Assembly: GCA_000934665.2 (NCBI GenBank)
Contig: JYFJ02000044.1
Coordinates: 124,001-188,000 of the forward strand
DNA length: 64,000 nt
Direction: 5' to 3'
Source: Catajapyx aquilonaris
Lineage: Eukaryota
Shown in pieces: positions 63,901 to 64,000 of the stretch. Below the pieces are notes generated by a model, which worked only from the letters and a program-made list of their open reading frames with translations, was not told where the DNA came from and ran no database searches. Numbering within the stretch: the stretch's first letter is position 1; each line of letters opens with the position of its first letter. The position numbers and the translations under genes were made by a program.

Positions 63901-64000
63901 ATGGGTTAAGTAATGTCTTTGTTTTATTAGAGTCATCAAAGTAAGGCAAATTGGAAGTTTGCAATGTTGGTCAGCGAAATATCTAGCTACTGATGGTACA

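Overview
Eukaryotic, most likely arthropod, genomic DNA. The window is mostly intron and intergenic sequence and carries two paralogous 5-HT1-class serotonin receptor genes (rhodopsin-family GPCRs) arranged tail-to-tail, with their stop codons about 20.2 kb apart. Gene 1 (+ strand) is 5'-partial. Exons 4619-4862 and 8992-9772 encode the end of TM1 to the C-terminus and resemble the arthropod 5-HT1B type; its N-terminal/TM1 exon(s) were not found and probably lie upstream of the window. Gene 2 (- strand) can be assembled completely from six coding exons (57751-57714, 57355-57180, 55886-55753, 37997-37888, 31332-30929, 30446-30013). All its introns are GT-AG with compatible phases, giving 1296 nt and 431 aa, and it resembles Drosophila 5-HT1A. 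The paralogs share two intron positions, but gene 2 has two introns that gene 1 lacks. Non-coding features include a 408-bp MITE with an ATTT target-site duplication (TSD), a DINE-1/HINE-like element, a dispersed ~90-bp repeat with CTCF-like motifs, abutting perfect palindromes, hairpin-rich islands and several tandem repeats. Most ORFs in the supplied track are spurious or antisense shadows of the receptor exons. No tRNA, rRNA, CRISPR array or autonomous transposon ORF was recognised. Subtype names come from remembered sequence similarity, not from a database search.
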